Positions 62,446 to 64,000 of a stretch of DNA of 64,000 nt are shown here, one piece after another. The DNA is from Candidatus Dormiibacterota bacterium (GTDB lineage: Bacteria; Chloroflexota; Dormibacteria; Aeolococcales; Aeolococcaceae), in NCBI GenBank assembly GCA_963709585.1, contig CAVPXI010000006.1, forward strand, positions 96,001-160,000. Direction: 5' to 3'. The notes beneath the pieces were generated by a model. That model had not been told where the DNA came from. It searched no databases and worked only from the letters and a program-made list of their open reading frames with translations. The position numbers were made by a program, and so were the translations under genes. Numbering within the stretch: position 1 is the stretch's first letter; every line of letters begins with the position of its first letter.

Positions 62446-63048
62446 ATGCTCGGCGTCGTGGCCATAGCCGTGCGGCCGGCGACCGCGGATCGGTGGAGCG
62501 ACCTCGTCACGGTCTTCGGTCGGCGTGGCGAAGATCCTTCATGGTGCTGGTGTCAGCGCTTCCTCAACCCGGAACGTCAGAACTCCTCAGCCGCAGGAGC
62601 GGCACCGCACAATCGCGACGCGTTGTACCAGGAGATCACCCATGCTGCGGCACCGCCGGGGCTCATCGCCTATGTCGGTGATCATCCAGTCGGATGGACC
62701 AGAGTAGGACTCCGCTCTGCGTTTCCAGGGGTACGCGGCAACAGGGCTCTCGCAAGAGTGCTCAATGAGGATGACGCCGGAGTTTGGTGGGTGACGTGCA
62801 TCGTGGTCGACGGCCGGCACCGTCGATCCGGGGTCGGATTGGCCCTCCTGCGAGCCGCAGTCGAATTCGCCCGCGACCACGGTGCGACTGCGGTCGAGGG
62901 ACATCCAGTCGATGTCGCCGCCCTCAAGGCCGCACGAGTGGCAGGATCCGCCATCTACACCGGAACCGTGGCGATGTTCGTCGCCGCGGGTTTCGTCGAG
63001 GTCGCTCGCACGTATCCCACCCGGCCGGTGATGCGGCTCTTGATGTGA
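62446..63048 (+). CDS. GNAT acetyltransferase
   Basis: CWC, PVGW, WWVTC, HRRSGVG, VEGHP, YTG..MF..AGF. Confidence 0.85.
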   Translation: MLGVVAIAVRPATADRWSDLVTVFGRRGEDPSWCWCQRFLNPERQNSSAAGAAPHNRDALYQEITHAAAPPGLIAYVGDHPVGWTRVGLRSAFPGVRGNRALARVLNEDDAGVWWVTCIVVDGRHRRSGVGLALLRAAVEFARDHGATAVEGHPVDVAALKAARVAGSAIYTGTVAMFVAAGFVEVARTYPTRPVMRLLM

Positions 63049-63062
63049 ACGTCGGACGACAC

Positions 63063-63092
63063 TTGACAGACATACACAAATCCGTATAGTCT
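63063..63092 (+). promoter_or_regulatory. Sigma70-type promoter containing a shared 24-bp motif
   Basis: TTGACA-16 bp-TATAGT; 63069-63092 matches the reconstituted IS target site at 22/24. Confidence 0.75.
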
Positions 63093-63171
63093 GCTCGCTG
63101 TCCGGGTACTCACCCGGAACGGCCGGAGGGGCGACCGATCACCGAACGACGTCTATCGGAGGTCGCCCATC

Positions 63172-63411
63172 GTGGTTCAACTCAAGGCACTGATCGATAA
63201 CTGGATCCTCATCGCGCAGGGCCTGCTCGCGAGCGTCGGCGCGCTGGCGTTCCTGATCGCGTTCATGTACAAGATCGTGGCCGTCGACCCCGCCAGTGTC
63301 GCCCAGGCGAAGAAATGGATCGGCCGCATCGTCTTCGGAACGATCGGCGTCGAAGTGGCAGGCACGCTGACCCACGCGCTTATCGCCAGCGTCCCAGCCA
63401 CGATTCACTGA
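63172..63411 (+). CDS. TrbC/VirB2-like pilin
   Basis: GGAGG RBS; 79 aa; two TM helices separated by AQAKKWI. Confidence 0.65.
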   Translation: MVQLKALIDNWILIAQGLLASVGALAFLIAFMYKIVAVDPASVAQAKKWIGRIVFGTIGVEVAGTLTHALIASVPATIH

Positions 63412-63416
63412 GCGGG

Positions 63417-64000
63417 ATGCAGTCGCTCCCTGGAATCGTGCAGGGGATCCGTGATCCCCTCGGCTCGATCCTCCAACTGCTGACCGGCGTGCTGTCGCAC
63501 TTCATCGCGACCGCGCGTGCCGACCTCAACTCTGAGCTCGGTCGCTATCTGTTCACGACCGTCGACCCGACGGGCGGAGGCACCCGCGCATTGACGGCCA
63601 ACCCGGTGATCGCCCATCTGAACGGCTCGATCGCGCTGGTCGCGGACGTGCTCGTCGGCGCCGTCGTGCTCTATGCCTCGCTGCGGAGCATCTTCGAGCA
63701 CTCGATTCGCGCGCGCTACGCGCTCCATCTCGTGATCCCGCGCGTCATGGCGGCGATCGTGCTGGTGCATGGATCGATCTATTTCGTCCAGATGGCTGTC
63801 GACCTGAACAATGCCATCGGCGGCGTGGCCGAGTCGCTTGGCGGCCCCTTGACCATCGACACGCTTCCGTGGTCGGGGTCGATGAGCGCGGCGACAGTGT
63901 CGATCATCCAGGGCTCGCAGGACCTGTTCCACGCGGTCTTCGCGCTCGGCGTTGTCGTCGCGGTGGTGATCCTCGTGCTCTCCTACGTCATCCGCACGGC
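63417..64000 (+). CDS. TrbL/VirB6-like polytopic membrane protein (partial)
   Basis: Manual translation ...IPRVMAAIVLV..S..F.QMAVDLNNA...ILVLSYVIR; follows pilin. Confidence 0.65.
   Translation, partial: MQSLPGIVQGIRDPLGSILQLLTGVLSHFIATARADLNSELGRYLFTTVDPTGGGTRALTANPVIAHLNGSIALVADVLVGAVVLYASLRSIFEHSIRARYALHLVIPRVMAAIVLVHGSIYFVQMAVDLNNAIGGVAESLGGPLTIDTLPWSGSMSAATVSIIQGSQDLFHAVFALGVVVAVVILVLSYVIRT

Noticed and set aside
58565-63092. The two 24-bp motifs as att sites of a mobile unit
   Set aside because: The enclosed DNA contains core typA and no recombinase; both copies sit at promoter positions, which favours an operator.

Overview
High-GC bacterial chromosome segment. Gene content (several GT87 paralogues, DUF222-HNH, actinobacterial-like metabolism, VirB2/VirB6-like genes) suggests a soil Terrabacteria lineage such as Ca. 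Dormibacterota or Chloroflexota; this is inference. Housekeeping blocks include propionyl/methylmalonyl-CoA and beta-oxidation genes, tmk, pdxST, tRNA-Pro(CGG), tRNA-Arg(CCT), a lipid-linked-sugar/GT87 cluster, a MoxR-DUF58-DUF4350-DUF4129-RDD-SpoIIM module around ispH, two ECF sigma pairs, tdh-kbl, lpdA with a lipoyl-E2-E1 2-oxoglutarate dehydrogenase fusion, typA and acdS. The most striking accessory element is a complete 3,114-bp IS1595-family element (55451-58564; 23-bp TIRs, 8-bp TSD CAAATCCG). It carries a non-canonical tRNA-like gene, a LexA-type box, a structured non-coding region, a winged-helix protein and three small Cys-rich proteins. It is inserted into a 24-bp promoter motif that recurs upstream of a pilin/VirB6-like operon. 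Also present are a DUF222-HNH gene with an SOS box between tRNA-Arg and a 16-bp copy of its 3' end, and a stand-alone RNase A-like toxin/CdiI-like pair. Twelve single-base insertions fall in GAGTC/GACTC, most likely a long-read basecalling footprint of DNA methylation, so most frameshifted genes are probably intact in vivo.
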